Positions 23,450 to 36,058 of a stretch of 64,000 bases of DNA are shown here, piece by piece. A program made the position numbers and the translations under genes. Under the pieces are notes generated by a model, which saw nothing but the letters and a program-made list of their open reading frames with translations, was not told the origin of the DNA and did not search any database. Where the stretch lies: NCBI GenBank assembly GCA_010909165.1, contig VJWM01000011.1, positions 1,054,001 to 1,118,000 on the forward strand. The letters are read 5' to 3'. Origin of the DNA: Anthoceros angustus. Lineage: Eukaryota > Plantae > Anthocerotophyta. The first letter of the stretch is position 1; each line of letters opens with the position of its first letter.

Positions 23450-26120
23450 CAAGTTGTGACTCATCTTGGGGCGGATCCTTTCGAGATCTTTGCTGCGCCT
23501 TGAGTGTATTGCCTCGGCCACAGCAGGTATGAAGAGTTGAAGAGTAGAGTCATATTGAATGCACCGTGGGATGCTATGAGGCCGAATCCAAAACAGCAGT
23601 CTCACCATGCATTAAGTGCAATAGCCTGGATGGACAATGCTTTCCTCAACATGGCTGAGAGACTTCCAAATATCGAGGTCTTCAACTTACACACATACAC
23701 AAAACTAGAAATTTGGAGTGAATATAGGCGGCATTGTGAACAAAGAGGTCAATGATGATGACCTCGCGTTCTTGAAGCTATGGAAAGGGCACTTCAACAG
23801 GTAAAGATTCCAAAGTCTAACAGATTCTCTACTTGCTCGCTATCTGTTGGATTGAAAACAACTATCGAAATACAATCTCAAAGGTTGATCAAGGTAAGTT
23901 ACATTGTTATCCTTATCCCTTGTTTTCCATCTGGTCGTTGACCACATGGGCCAAACCCTCAATGGCGTGGTATATGTAGTATGTGAATGTGCCCCCCCGC
24001 TTGGGACGTCCCAGTGGACGCGCCCATTGTTATTACCTTATCTAAGGAGGGTTCCCTGGTCATGCGGGCCGGTCGGCGGCGCCAGTGAGTAACCCATGCA
24101 TGTGCCTATCACATTGCTTGGGCCCGCATCTGGCCGCCATGTCGACCTTGCGGGAATGAGGTCGGGGCCAGGCGTGGGCTGGCGCCCCCAACCACATTAC
24201 AAGTATTCTGCCTTGTAACCGACCTTCCCGGGCTTGGAAATGCCTGACAAATGTGTTCCGCCCATTATATCATTTAAGGTCCGTCGTAGGGTGGAGGGGG
24301 GGTGGAGGAAGGTCAAGTTGGCGGTGTCCATGACATACATTGCCACATCTCGGAGAGTGATGCTGGCCACGATGATTGCTGGACATCATACTATGTTTTT
24401 TATCTTGTAAGTTGACAACTTTAAAGGGCTCACAAACTACGGTGTGCATATGTTATGTGCGAGAAATATCAAAGCGACATTGGGCCACCATGACGGTGGC
24501 GTGCGAAGATGACAAAACACCGGAGCAAGAGTTATGTTGAACCACATAAGTATATGCTGCTATGTATCGATGGCATGGACGGAAGAAGCTACGCACATGT
24601 TGAGGTGGCCCAAAAACCTAGGCGAGGAATGCCGCATTTCCGTTCACGTGGTGGTGCATGATCCACAACTACACCCACAAAGCCACGGCGTTTTGCACTC
24701 GCCAACCTCGGGAATGATGCCAATTTGACTATCGTCGTCATTCAAGATGTCATCCACAACTATGATGGTGTCTTGAAAGTGTTGTATTTGCAACTTGACA
24801 ATACATGTCGGAGAACAAGAATCAGCTATTGTTTGCATATTTGAACATGCTCGTTGATATGGGCACGTTCGAAAAAGTGAAGGTGGGATTCCTCTTGGTT
24901 GGTCACACCATGATCAAATAGACGGATGTTTTCCTGCTTTTCCAAAAGCCTTAAACACAAAGCGCACCGCTACCGTGTTAGCGGACGTGCAGGCATATAC
25001 TCCCTCTCCAGGTGAAGGTTACATTGGAGGTTCCAGTTCCGGACATATGTCATGTCTGAGCGACGAGGTGAAGGTTGGAGGTTCCAGTTCCGGACATATG
25101 TCCGCCACACGGCAGGATGTGAGGTCAAGTATGCGCAGTGAAGAAGTTGAATAATCATCATACCGGCCTTCAAAATTACGCGAGGACAAACTGGCCAGTC
25201 AGTCCGATCATCGAGCAAGCGATTCAACTTCACGCTTTGGGAAGCGGAGTTTGGAGTTTTAAATTTCGTTCCTTACGAGGATAGCCATGATGTCCTTACG
25301 TGCAGGATAAAAAGGAACTGGGGCACTCACACCGAAGGTGTGGCTCATTTGAAGGATGGGTTAGTTGGTTTGCGACCTTATATGTAGGTAGAAGAGTACA
25401 AGTGGTGGGAAGAATTACAGGTTGACGACAAGATTCTTTGTTATTGTCGAAAACCACATCGGCCTTGTTCGGACCGTCCTTGGAAATGGTTCTCCCGTCT
25501 TTGAAGAGGAAGAGCAGTGACCTTCATGTACGATGAAGCTTTGCTAGAGGAAACCGTTGAGGAGCTTCCCCAGCGAGATATATGCAGGAGCATATCAAAA
25601 CATTGGAAAGCAGCAGTGAAATGGCGCTTGAATGGCGATATTGCGTAATCAAGAAGGAATGTTCCTCGCGATTACCATGCGCACATACACAGACCTTTAC
25701 GGATTGGGAAAGTAGGACGTGAGGTTGGATGCACCACAACCTCACTTTCTTATCCAGTATCGGACGGATCATACGAGCGTCTGGCGGTATGTAGAGGAAT
25801 ATATACTACGAGGAAGCGGCAAACAAGATGGACGGGCACTGGGGAAAAAGGGGAATAAGGTATTTTATCCCAAAAACATACAGGAGGTCTATGTCAATGA
25901 TACAATCATCCTTTATTACGGTTTTATTTTGAATGCACGGAAACATTTGTATGCGGTGGACAAAAAGGCGATCAGGGACAAATTGAGCGAATTGCGCGGA
26001 TTCATACAACCAGGTCAAAGTGTGGCGGAGGATAGCGATGACAATAATGGGGGGAATGGGCCAGCGATACGAAGGCGTGAACTCGGGGCGAATAGCTATT
26101 GGCGTGGGGCGACCGGCTGA
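23450..26120 (+). mobile_element. Degenerate DDD/E transposase, Sola-like/DUF7869-type
   Basis: FLKLWKGHF/VKIPKSNRFSTCSL (~23770-23850) and (LQLDN)..ENKNQLLFAYLNMLVDMGTFEKVKVGFLLVGHTH/DQIDGCF (~24790-24935); many frameshifts. Confidence 0.7.
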
Positions 26121-26299
26121 ACCATTCTCATTAGGGGTTGTATGGATGTGGCTCCCCACTTCACGTGTCCATTACGCCCATCCTTTCCAACTTAATCGCG
26201 ATGGAAGGTGGGGCGTGGCGCCGCCTATGTTCTTGTAAGTGCATAACTTTATGAGTAAATGAATGGCGATTGCATATACCACGTGTTTAAGTGAGTATT

Positions 26300-27225
26300 G
26301 ATGGGTATGTCACGCGAATATGGTGCATGTGATAAGCGGTTTGGGGGTAGTTTTGCAACACCACGGCATGCAACATGACCCCCTGCAAGGTTCTGTTCTA
26401 TGCCATTCCAAAGGAAGTGGTGACCATGCGGATATCAAACATGTGGAATGTGCCCTTGTGGACAATGGCGAGGGGGCGCAGGCCAGCCGGCGCCCCCTCG
26501 CGGAACATGCCACGCCGTACCACATCCACCTGTTCAAAATTCATTACGAAGGCTGGTGCCCAAGTGGATAGCAAACATGTTCCATGTGACCTTCCACAGA
26601 TGGTGAGGCAGGGAGGCGCCGGCCGGCGGTGCCCATCCTCCTCTGTTCAATAAGGATCACATTACAGGCGGAAGCGAAATTTTCTTCCCATAAATATGTT
26701 GATGGTTTGAACACATCGCGAAATTGCATAACCCTTCCATAGTGGCGTTCGATTCGATTTAAATAGCGTATTGCTCGGCCAAGCAAGCGTGTGCATTGTG
26801 GGTCTTGTTTTGGCGAAACAAATGGTTAAGGGAAGAGGGTCACCCGGTCATATGAACCAGCGGCTTCGTATGATCCAAGAGCCGGACCCTTTTTTTCGCT
26901 ATAGTTTCCACATAATAGCTGAACACACAGCTTTTAGACCCATCACCAACCCTCTTCAGCGGTTATTCACAAAAAACCCCCATCGAGGATATTCCCCCCC
27001 TTCAAAATTTATGGTGTTGGTATCCATCTTCACCTAAAAGCTACCATCCAATTTGACATGTGTGTAGACGGGGGGAACTCCTGTGACCCTGCAAACATAA
27101 TGTGCAATTTCCTCCATGCTAGGGTGAGGTTGCCCTAGGATTTTCCCAAGAACAACAACATATGTGAGCTCTGAGTGTGTTGTCTGGATATTGGCCGCGT
27201 CCAGCCTAATTAGGTCATGATCCAA
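26300..27225 (-). pseudogene. Second DUF4283-like ORF remnant
   Basis: YVVVLGKILGQPHPSMEEIAHYVCRVTGVPPVYTHVKLDGSF*VKM and LLGRAIRYLNRIERHYGRVMQFRDVFKP resemble the DUF4283 core and its downstream region. Confidence 0.4.
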
Positions 27226-28269
27226 GGGGTCGTTTCCGCAGTAGTAGTAGGTGAGTCTACAAAGCCTTCACAAAATTCCACTATCCCACAACAACTATAC
27301 ACAATCCATTAAATGGTGATCACATTGAGCAAAAAATATAAATGTCAAAGGCCCAACATTGGGATGGCAGCACTTTTCACAACGACAGGCTAAGCGTCAT
27401 AGTCTCAACACCACAAGCAGATTTCTTGAACTACTACCCTAATAGTCGGCGGCATTACACTTAGTTGAGCTTGCAAGAGCCATCAACGTGCCCCACGTGT
27501 AGTGGGCGCCACCACTCCCAGGCTCCTCTCCATCATCCGCAACTATAATAGCCAGTGTCAAGCTCCTCCGTATGATCCCATCCGCAATTGTCATAGCCAA
27601 CGTCATCCTCCATCGCAGTTGTGGCTGTATGCTCCTTCATCATGTTTACAATGACTGAGCCATCATTCATAAAGTGCATGACCTAGTTCTAGATCATACT
27701 AGAAGTAATAAAAACAAGCTACATGACTTAAAAGAATTTTACCTACGGTGACTTAAAGTACATATTTAACATAGGAAACTATGCTAGACCATTCTCCACT
27801 TTATCCCTAGACACCTTAAGACTCAACATGACAAACCTTGCTGGTGCAAAACGCTGTCACATTATATGAGTTTTTGTTAAAATGCTGCTCTTTAGATGTG
27901 CTGCCATAATAGTTCATGAGAGGAGTGAGTCATAAAAAGAATCCTTTGCTGTCTTAACCTGTATTCAAATATCCTTATCTATGTTCACATGTCCTTATCT
28001 TATGTTCATATGTCTAACGGGTGAAGCCCAACTAATGCTCTGTGTAAACCATATACAACTTATCGCGCTCTATGGAAACCATATACAACTCATCGTGCTC
28101 TATGTAAACCATATGTAGCTCACCGAAGCTACATATTATTCTAAAGGTCCCAATTCAAAAAAGAGAGAATTGGAGCCAACGCAGTACTGTACGACAGCCC
28201 TTACGTTTGGGCAAAGATATTGGTGGGGAGTTTTAGTGGGTGTGGGAGTTCTTCCTAAGTCCCACATAT

Positions 28270-28460
28270 CCTGCGATGGTATCTTGGTGCACATATACAG
28301 ATGAGCTTAGGGAGAAACCATCTTGGCGCACATATACAGATGAGCTTAGGGAGAACAGTGCGATGGTATCTTGGCGCATAGTATCTTGGCGTACATATAC
28401 AGATGAGCTTGGGGAGAACAGTGCGATGGTATCTTGGCGCATAAACAGATGAGCTTGGGG
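28270..28460. repeat. Short imperfect tandem array (~40-55 bp units)
   Basis: CATATACAGATGAGCTT.GGGAGAAC and GCGATGGTATCTTGGCG recur 4-5 times. Confidence 0.85.
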
Positions 28461-28955
28461 TACTATAGTTTCCCTCTCATGTTGCAATGTGAAAACATAG
28501 GGGAATCAGAACCCTTGCTAAAAGATTTCTTTCCCCGGTTCTTCTGATTTATTTCCAGAATATACCAGATAGAGAGAGAGAGAGAATTTTGCAAGAAGAT
28601 AACATAAATTTATCTTACTTATAAAACTAGGTGTTATTTTTATATAGGTTATATTATACAAAAAATTGAGATGAATACATGAAGCTACTTCTCACTGCTG
28701 AGAAACCACACACCTGTCAACGAGGGATGGACTCTTCCACTTCGTATGAGACTATTCCAATTTGTATGAGAGAGACAAAATATATAAAAAGTTTCGAGGT
28801 CCCTTTTCAGATTCCTTTTGTTAGGCTTCCATGATCCAATGTGAGTACAAGCGCCGTAGATGGATAATCGGAAGGAAAAGATTCATGGCTGAGACTGCCC
28901 TGCTAGCTGCATCAGATCTTCAAATACTGTGAGCCTGTCCACACTCACAAACTGG

Positions 28956-31862
28956 TCAGCGCATGAATCCTACAGCAGTCAATCCTTAAGAAAAGTGTTT
29001 GAACCAAAATCGCGTGAGAATGTTGGTCTTACCGCCTTAGCAATGGTCGAGGATTGTATGGGAAAAGTTGCCTCTGCAGAAGGCGTTCTATTGATGATTT
29101 TAGCTGAGCAAGACAAGCCCCTGCCCTATGCACCGACATTGAGCTGGGGTCTTTCATGGAGGGGACCCCCAAATGGGACTGGTAATAGCCATCAGCCAAC
29201 TGAGGAACCGTACTCAGAAACAAAGGCCATGTCTCCTCAATGAGACGAAGGCATCTACAATGCCACCACATGCCATTAGCTGCGACCGTCTGCAGCATGA
29301 ATACAAGTGCTGCAAAAGGAAGGAACTTACCGCATCAGGTACTGTAGACACAGAGGGCCTGTTTGTTTCGATATCAGAAAGTCAACAATGACGGAGTGAT
29401 CGTATTGCATCTGAAACCAGCATGAGTTCAGTCAAAGTAAGTGAAGTGCTTCCATGTCGATAACTTGTACAGAGAGGTGCAAAGCATCACTGAGATGGTA
29501 CCAAAGCAAGGAAGGCATGGCATAGACGAAGAGGTGCTATGGCTGTGACTGGGTCAGCTGGTGAAGCAGAAGTCGCACTTGGGGATGTTCTGCAATTAAA
29601 ACGACCAACACACACTCAGAGTTGCAACTTCTCTCTGGTACACAACACAACAATGGATGATGCACCCTTGAAACTTACAGTTTCTTTTGTGTCAGCACAG
29701 GCGCAAGGTTTGAAAGCTGAAGCAGCATATCAAGCAGTAGATCATCCTGAAAGCCTTGAGACAGAATAGGGTGAGTGAGAGAGAGTCTTGTCCCTCCGCA
29801 AACCGAGCCACCTGAAAAGGAATGTTATACCTCATCCAAGAACAGCTGCACAAGCGATACTGTGACTCGGTTCACAGCTGAAGCCATGTCATGGGAATCC
29901 ACTGCACAGGTGTCTATGATTTCTTGCAGCTTGGCTTGAAGCCAGAATACCAGATGCTCCTCAACTTGATTGACAGAAGTTTGCTTGTGTTGATGAAGCA
30001 ATCCTTCCTTGGATGTTTCAGAGAGAGGTATTTCCACATTACCTTTCAATGAGGTGAGTATCTTGAAGTAGAGGAGCAAGACCCGTCTTTGCAAGTGTCG
30101 GAAGGAGTGGGTCTGACTAGGTAACCTTGAGTAGAACGGCGATGAGACACAGGATTGGGTATCTAAAGGATCATTCTGTAAGAGGGAGGCATGGAATAGA
30201 TCTTCCGCATTTGAGCGGAGAGCATCCATACATGTCACAGAAAATGATTGATCAATTGAGAACGCTCCAGAGAGTCTCATCAAGATAGTCTGCAAATGAC
30301 TCAAGAAATGAGGTCAGCACGCGAGAGAATACAACAGCTCAGAAAGTCGAGGACAGAAGAAATCTTTAACGAATACCAGTAGCTTATATCGCAGTAGGTG
30401 GGAATGATGCTTGTGAGCGGGCAAAGCCAGATCCGAGAGGTCAGGAATCAGCAATTGTACATGCTTTAGGCAGGCATAATTTGTTGTCAGCGGTTGGCAT
30501 TGCTGTGGATCCAAGCAACGCACACAAGAAGAAAGCAACTGCAACCAGGATGCTAGAAGCAGCTCCTTGACTTCAATTTGTCGTATGTCACTACAGTGGC
30601 CTCCTAAGCACTTTGAAAAAATAGCGACAAAGCTTTGACCACCAGGTGATCCTCCATTTGGACAAATACACCCTGTGAGAACACCTTCTCCCCCCATCAC
30701 ATGAACACACCCCACCTTTGCAATCTGAGAGAGGAAAACCCTAAGAAAACTATGAGCACATTCTTCCTCTTCCATTGCATTCTTCAAGATGCACCTTAAA
30801 AGTTCTAGTGCGCAGGTCACCGCAGGCCAGAAGACAAATGCATCCGTCTCTTCTGCAGCCGATCCAAGGGAGTCCGTCAATCGAGCCCTCTTCCTGCATC
30901 GACCATCGTGCAACTCATCTTCTGGGCAGTGGCAGGCATTAGGATATACATTGCCAGCGCTCCAGCACGCTGACCCTGACAACCAGGTCCTGGAAGCACG
31001 CCATAGACATTCTAATAAAGATGTCCAGGCGGATACCTGCAAAACGGACGAGGATACAAATACCAGAGGTGTCAATCCTTAGCAGTGTATGTCACATGTC
31101 ACCAACTGCAGACCATGTTTCGCATTTTCTGGCAAGAGTTGTCTCAAGTACTCACAGAAACCTGTAGACAGTTTGCAAAAACTAGAAGAACTCTTTTTGC
31201 AGAATGACGGACATGTCTGTCGTCTGAAGTAAATAATAGAAGCTGCCAACAGCAGGGAGTCATTACAAATCTCAACTAGGCACAACGTCATCCAAACATC
31301 TGATTACTACGATGCTCACCAGGCTGCTGACACTAGATTCATAAATCGAGTATCTTGTACAATGCCAATTGGGACTCCCCAAAGAGTTACGAATTGCCTT
31401 GTCGGCCTACACCGCAGTTGTGCCGATTCACAGTCTGTAAACACTGCGGATTGTGGTGTATCTGATAAAACAAATACAAAGTTGAACTTGACACCCTAGC
31501 TGGCTATCATATCACCTTGGCAAGCAAACAGCAGACATGATCTAGGGTCCTCGATGCTTTCCCCTGCAAATACATCAAGGAAAACGTATGTCAATCTGTA
31601 TTATCTGACGGAGAGCATCTACCTTAGGTCTGTTGCTGAAGATTTCGAACCAAACAATGAGAGACTGGTGACCTCACTCACAAGCGAAGTCGCTGATAGT
31701 GCCTCCAATGTAGCCAGTACCTGTATACAACACCGGTAAGCACAACAGATAAATGAAATGAAAGAGGTCGAGGGTCATCAGCTCCACCGCACCTCTGCAA
31801 CGCTGTGATCGACGTACATGCTGAACAAGATTTTCACTCCGCACGAGTTGTGATGCGGACAT
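28956..31862 (-). CDS. LINS: Protein Lines homolog (Lines_C domain), multi-exon
   Basis: Spliced C-terminus IAPLRLCHAFLAL|MQYDHSVIVDFLISKQTGPLCLQYLMR|CLRLIEETW...LAQLKSSIERLLQRQLFPYNPRPLLRR|LTAVGFMR* matches the Lines_C pattern (YDHS.LLDFLIS.ET..CL.Y; FPYN..PLLRRL). Helical upstream exons at 29825-31075. The 5' exon structure is uncertain. Confidence 0.8.
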
Positions 31863-31947
31863 AGAAGCCTAGCGATATCGCCGAAATTTCAACTTCAGTG
31901 ATGAAGGGTGTAAGGGTTTTTGGTGGGCAATAGGGACCAAGGTGAAA

Positions 31948-33345
31948 ATGCTGCGGTCTTCTGTACGCGCGGTGGGTCGGTGTGCACATGCTTGCAGATG
32001 GACAACGGCGTGGGGTCAGGAAGCGGATTGCGATGCATCTGCTTTCTTTGTGAGAATCTCACTGCTTCAGGATTTGGGTGTTGTTTTGAGAAAAGCGGGT
32101 TGAAGCAGCTGATGCCTGATTGCGTGTGGCACCAGAAAGCAGGATGCAGGGCTTTGACTGCCAGGGCGGCATCCAGTGAACAGGAGTCCAATGCTGCTGC
32201 AGTGAAACCGCTGGGTGGGAGAACGGAGAAAATTGTGGCCGCTGTGGTTTTGGAGAGACTTCCTGTTGTGCTGCCACAGCTCCCAAAGCCTGTTGCGGAT
32301 TTTCAGAGCTATTCGTAAGTTGTGATGCAGAAACTTTCAGTCGGCCAATGAGTTGGCAGTTGTGGCATTCGTTTGCATGGCACTGTCTTAAAGTTTGATG
32401 GCCCTGCTCATTGTGGTGTTAAGATTCGCTTGGAGACAGCAGTATCGAAGAGCCTACCCTGAAGAATTCCTCAAGGCCTCCTCTAGCAAGTGAGTACAGT
32501 CCGGTTGTGGTCACATTGGTACTTCCTGCATACTCAAGCGTAACGAGAGTTCCTGCTTGGTGTGTCTGCTCAAGGCAGGGAAGATGATGGGGGAGAGATG
32601 CTATACGAGCCAGCTGCAACAGTCACCGAAGCTGACACAAAGGACAATCGGAGGTATAGGGTTAGCTCTGTCTTCTTCTCAGCACTTCCTGGCTGGGCAG
32701 TCATGCTGCTACCCTGCTACAGCTCTTTGGCTTGGATGCAGGTCGTTGATCAGGGCATTAGACCGTAGGCTGTACCTTATACTGCACGGCTTTCCGTTCG
32801 GGAGCTCCAGGGATAAGCCTGTTTGGCACTTCCCCGAAAAACAGTATGCAGACGAGGAGACCCTGCGCCTGGTATGGGCAGCATTCCAGGCATTTACTGA
32901 CCCTTCGCTGTGGCATACAGGATCTCTTGCATATTGAAGGTGCTGTTTGCAGTGTGCAGAATCTGCTGTGACATCCTTTGTAGAGGATCCAGACAACGAC
33001 CTGTACTTTGTGGGCAATGCCCCAGTGGGCCATATCGAACAGCATTGTCTCCAGCCTGGTGCCCCAATGCCAGTCTTCAAGGTGGGGATTGCAAGGATTT
33101 TCGTGCTCGAGTTTGAACGTCAGTAGCAGTGGCCATTATTGTTACAATTCAGAGTCTTTTGGGCTGGCTTGACATTCAGTTGCTTTGCACAGAGGTTCTT
33201 CTTCAAATCCCAGCTCATTGGCAACAAAGTGAACCTGACTGTAGGCAAACACAAAGATTTTGCCTGGGTTTCGAAGGAAGAACTCATTGAGTATTTAGAG
33301 GAACCTCTGGACAAGGACTTGATGAAGAAACTTTTACTTGATTGA
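31948..33345 (+). CDS. MRPL46: Mitochondrial ribosomal protein mL46 (DECOY-like), multi-exon
   Basis: EKIVAAVVLERLPVV; FAWRQQYRRAYPEEFL; SLIRALDRRLYLIL...WHFPEKQYADEETLR; YFVGNAPVGH; RFFFKSQLI...KDFAWVSKEELIEYL. The start (MLRSSVRA|) is inferred. Confidence 0.88.
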
Positions 33346-33718
33346 CACCACAACGAGATGCGCATTGCAATAGCTGACGGTCGACTTCGCGTCAATGGTG
33401 ATCGGAAAGCCACTTTGCCAGACGGTTCTGCTGACAGAACTGCTGTGGGTATGGAGGTATTTGTAAGTCAAGGTTGCACGAGCTGTTGCGAGTTAACTGC
33501 ATTTGGAGGCTACATACGATGCATCTGTAAGCTCTGGAAACACAGCTTTGTGGACATGTCTCACAAGGAAGCTGCTTTTCATGTGCTGCAGGCACATTCA
33601 GAGTGCCAACCTGTTATCCCTTTACCAATTGCTCCCGGACCCCGGTTGCTCCTGCACGAAGTCCGCAGGCAAAAGAGGAGTGTCTAAAAATATCTGCATA
33701 GTGATACAATGAACTTTA

Positions 33719-34040
33719 TCAATGCTCCATGTCCAGGAGGTCTGCATCGTCTGTGTAGCTTGCACAACTGTTTCCAAGTTCTACGTATGTTGCAAGTATT
33801 GACTTTGTCACGCTGTCATCTGCTATGTGGAGAGAGTCCTTTAAATGAAGAGGTATAATTCCGTGGGCATCGTCTTCCTTCCACCTTCTTTGAGTATGTA
33901 TGTTTAGCTCTGCGGCAATCATGCATGCACTCTGTGTAAAATCTTATCTCACTCCACAGCTCAGCATCGTCATGTTCAGAGTACTGGTATGTGTCTACTT
34001 GTATTGTAATATCTTCAACTCTCCTGCTCCTGGAGCCAAC
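33719..34040 (-). CDS. Possible spliced ORF of unknown function (3' exons only)
   Basis: Acceptor TTATAG| AVGSRSRRVEDITIQVDTYQYSEHDDAELW |GTGAG...GCAG| joins in frame to KLNIHTQRRWKEDDAHGIIPLHL...DLLDMEH*. No family recognised. Confidence 0.3.
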
Positions 34041-34149
34041 TGCCTATAAGAATTTGCCGGCATGAGCATCAGATCAGGCCTCTCTCCTGTCCCTTCTCTC
34101 GGAGAGTATGCCTCGCTCAGAAACTGGTAGCATTCCCTTCTCTGCAGAG

Positions 34150-36058
34150 ATGGGTCAGCTGAGGAAGTGCTTGACCATCTCAGCGTCGGTTCTTTTACTT
34201 GTGTTGGTTGCAGTCTCTGCAACGGATGCCACTACGGACAATGTCATTACCCAGTGGAACGCTCTGGCCCAGGAGGTGTCTGCTTCCCCCTGACATAGGA
34301 GATAAACGTTCCTGCCGCAGGATCCACATGAAGCTATGGTACTGAACTGGATTTGGTGCTGCTGTGTGAAGGTCTCCCGCCGGCTTGGCATCCCCAACCA
34401 AATTTCAGCTAGAAATTACGCTCTGGTGCACCTCTCCCAGTACAAAGCTCTGCAATTGGCTTTCAAGAAGGGTGTGAAACACCCGGAGGCTGCTGCAGCC
34501 TTCGCTGCCCACTTCATCCTCACTCAGTAAGCCTGCACACTGAGGAACACAAGCCTGCCCTTGCAATTCCTACTGTTGCAGAATTGCAGCCGACGTGCTC
34601 TGAACTGTTTGCTTCATCTCACGTTGCAGAGTGAGCCCCACACTGCAGTCATCACGACTGGACGGTTTCCTGGCCAAGCAGATCCTTCCTCTGCAGCTCT
34701 CCAAGAAGGAGGATGCTGAGCTCCGAAAGATTGCCCTATCCTTCGCCGTCCCTCTCATCAGAGAAAGGTAACCGCCAACTCGTCTTTCTCATCTTGCTGC
34801 AGTCACGGTGTGTGCAATCTGCTCATCAGCTGTCTCCATTTCCAGGGCTTTTGATGGAAGCCAGATTTGGGCGGAATTCCAGCCTGCTCCTCCAGGGAGC
34901 CCGGCAGGAGAGTACCAGTTCACTCCCAACCAGACCTTCGCTCTGTACCCGCAGCTGGCAAAGACCAAGCCCTTCGTGATCAAGTCTCCCAAGCTCTACG
35001 ACCACAACGGTGGCCCACCCAAGGTCCCCAGCGCTGCCTACAATGAGCAGTACGACATCACAGTGCAAGTGGGAGACGCAAGCTCGCCGTCTCAAACTCT
35101 GGCTGAGAAGGAGACGGCACGATTCTGGGAAGACGGTGCCAGTGAGAAATCAGACCGGGCCACTTGCTTTCTTGCTTGCTTGCTTCCATTTCTCTGCTTC
35201 CGGCAAGCTAACGATCATGTCCCGACATGCCTGCAGATACCTCGGCAGTTTCAGGGCAACTGTTCAACATCACCCTTGCAGCAGTTGGGTCTGAGCTCTC
35301 GCTGAAGGAGACAGCCAAGCTCTTTGCAGCATATGCTGTAGCCAGCTACGATGCCTCCATAGCCACCTGGTATCAGAAGTACAAGTACCTCTTCTGGAGG
35401 CCCATCACTGCTGTCAGGTAACAGGGCTGCAACCAACCGTGTGCATGCCGTGCATTTTGGACACTCCAGGGACAGGGAGCATCTGAACGTCAGGGTCTGT
35501 TTGAATTCTCGTCCCGTCCAACAGGCAAGGAGACTCGGTACACAAGCCCAGACCCAGCTTCACCACGGTCTTGAGCACTCCTCCTCACCCGGAGTACCCA
35601 AGTGGGCACAGCTCTGTTGCGGGAAGCTACGTCTCGGTGGTGTCCAAGTTCCTAGGCAAACAACCCAGCAGCAAAACCGATGCTCCCTTCCTTGTTGCCA
35701 CTGAGTCCTACTTTCTGCCTCCCCGCACATTCGAAACCATCGATGGGCCGGCCAAGGACATTCTGATCAGCAGGTGGACATCCTCTCGCTGTTCAAGTTC
35801 TAGCTCCTGATTGCAGCCCGCCTGGCTGGTGCCTGACAAACTGCGTTGTATGTTCAGAGTTTATGCAGGGGTTCATTTTCACAAGTCCAGCGATGATGGT
35901 TACAAGATCGGACTGGAGGTTTGTTTGTCGTATAAATCCATCCATCTCCGTCTCTCGTCATACCAATTGATTGTAGTGGTTTTGACATGCTGTGGTTCTG
36001 GCAGGTTGGCCAATATGTGTGGAAACACTTCGAGAAAGTCTTTGGTGACCTTGACTGA
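34150..36058 (+). CDS. Secreted vanadium-dependent haloperoxidase-like protein (PAP2/haloperoxidase superfamily), 8 exons, 419 aa
   Basis: Exons 34150-34275, 34372-34526, 34630-34767, 34846-35141, 35237-35417, 35525-35773, 35858-35918 and 36005-36058; all GT-AG, total 1260 nt in frame. Signal peptide; KYKYLFWRP, PHPEYPSGHS and SRVYAGVHF motifs. Confidence 0.9.
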
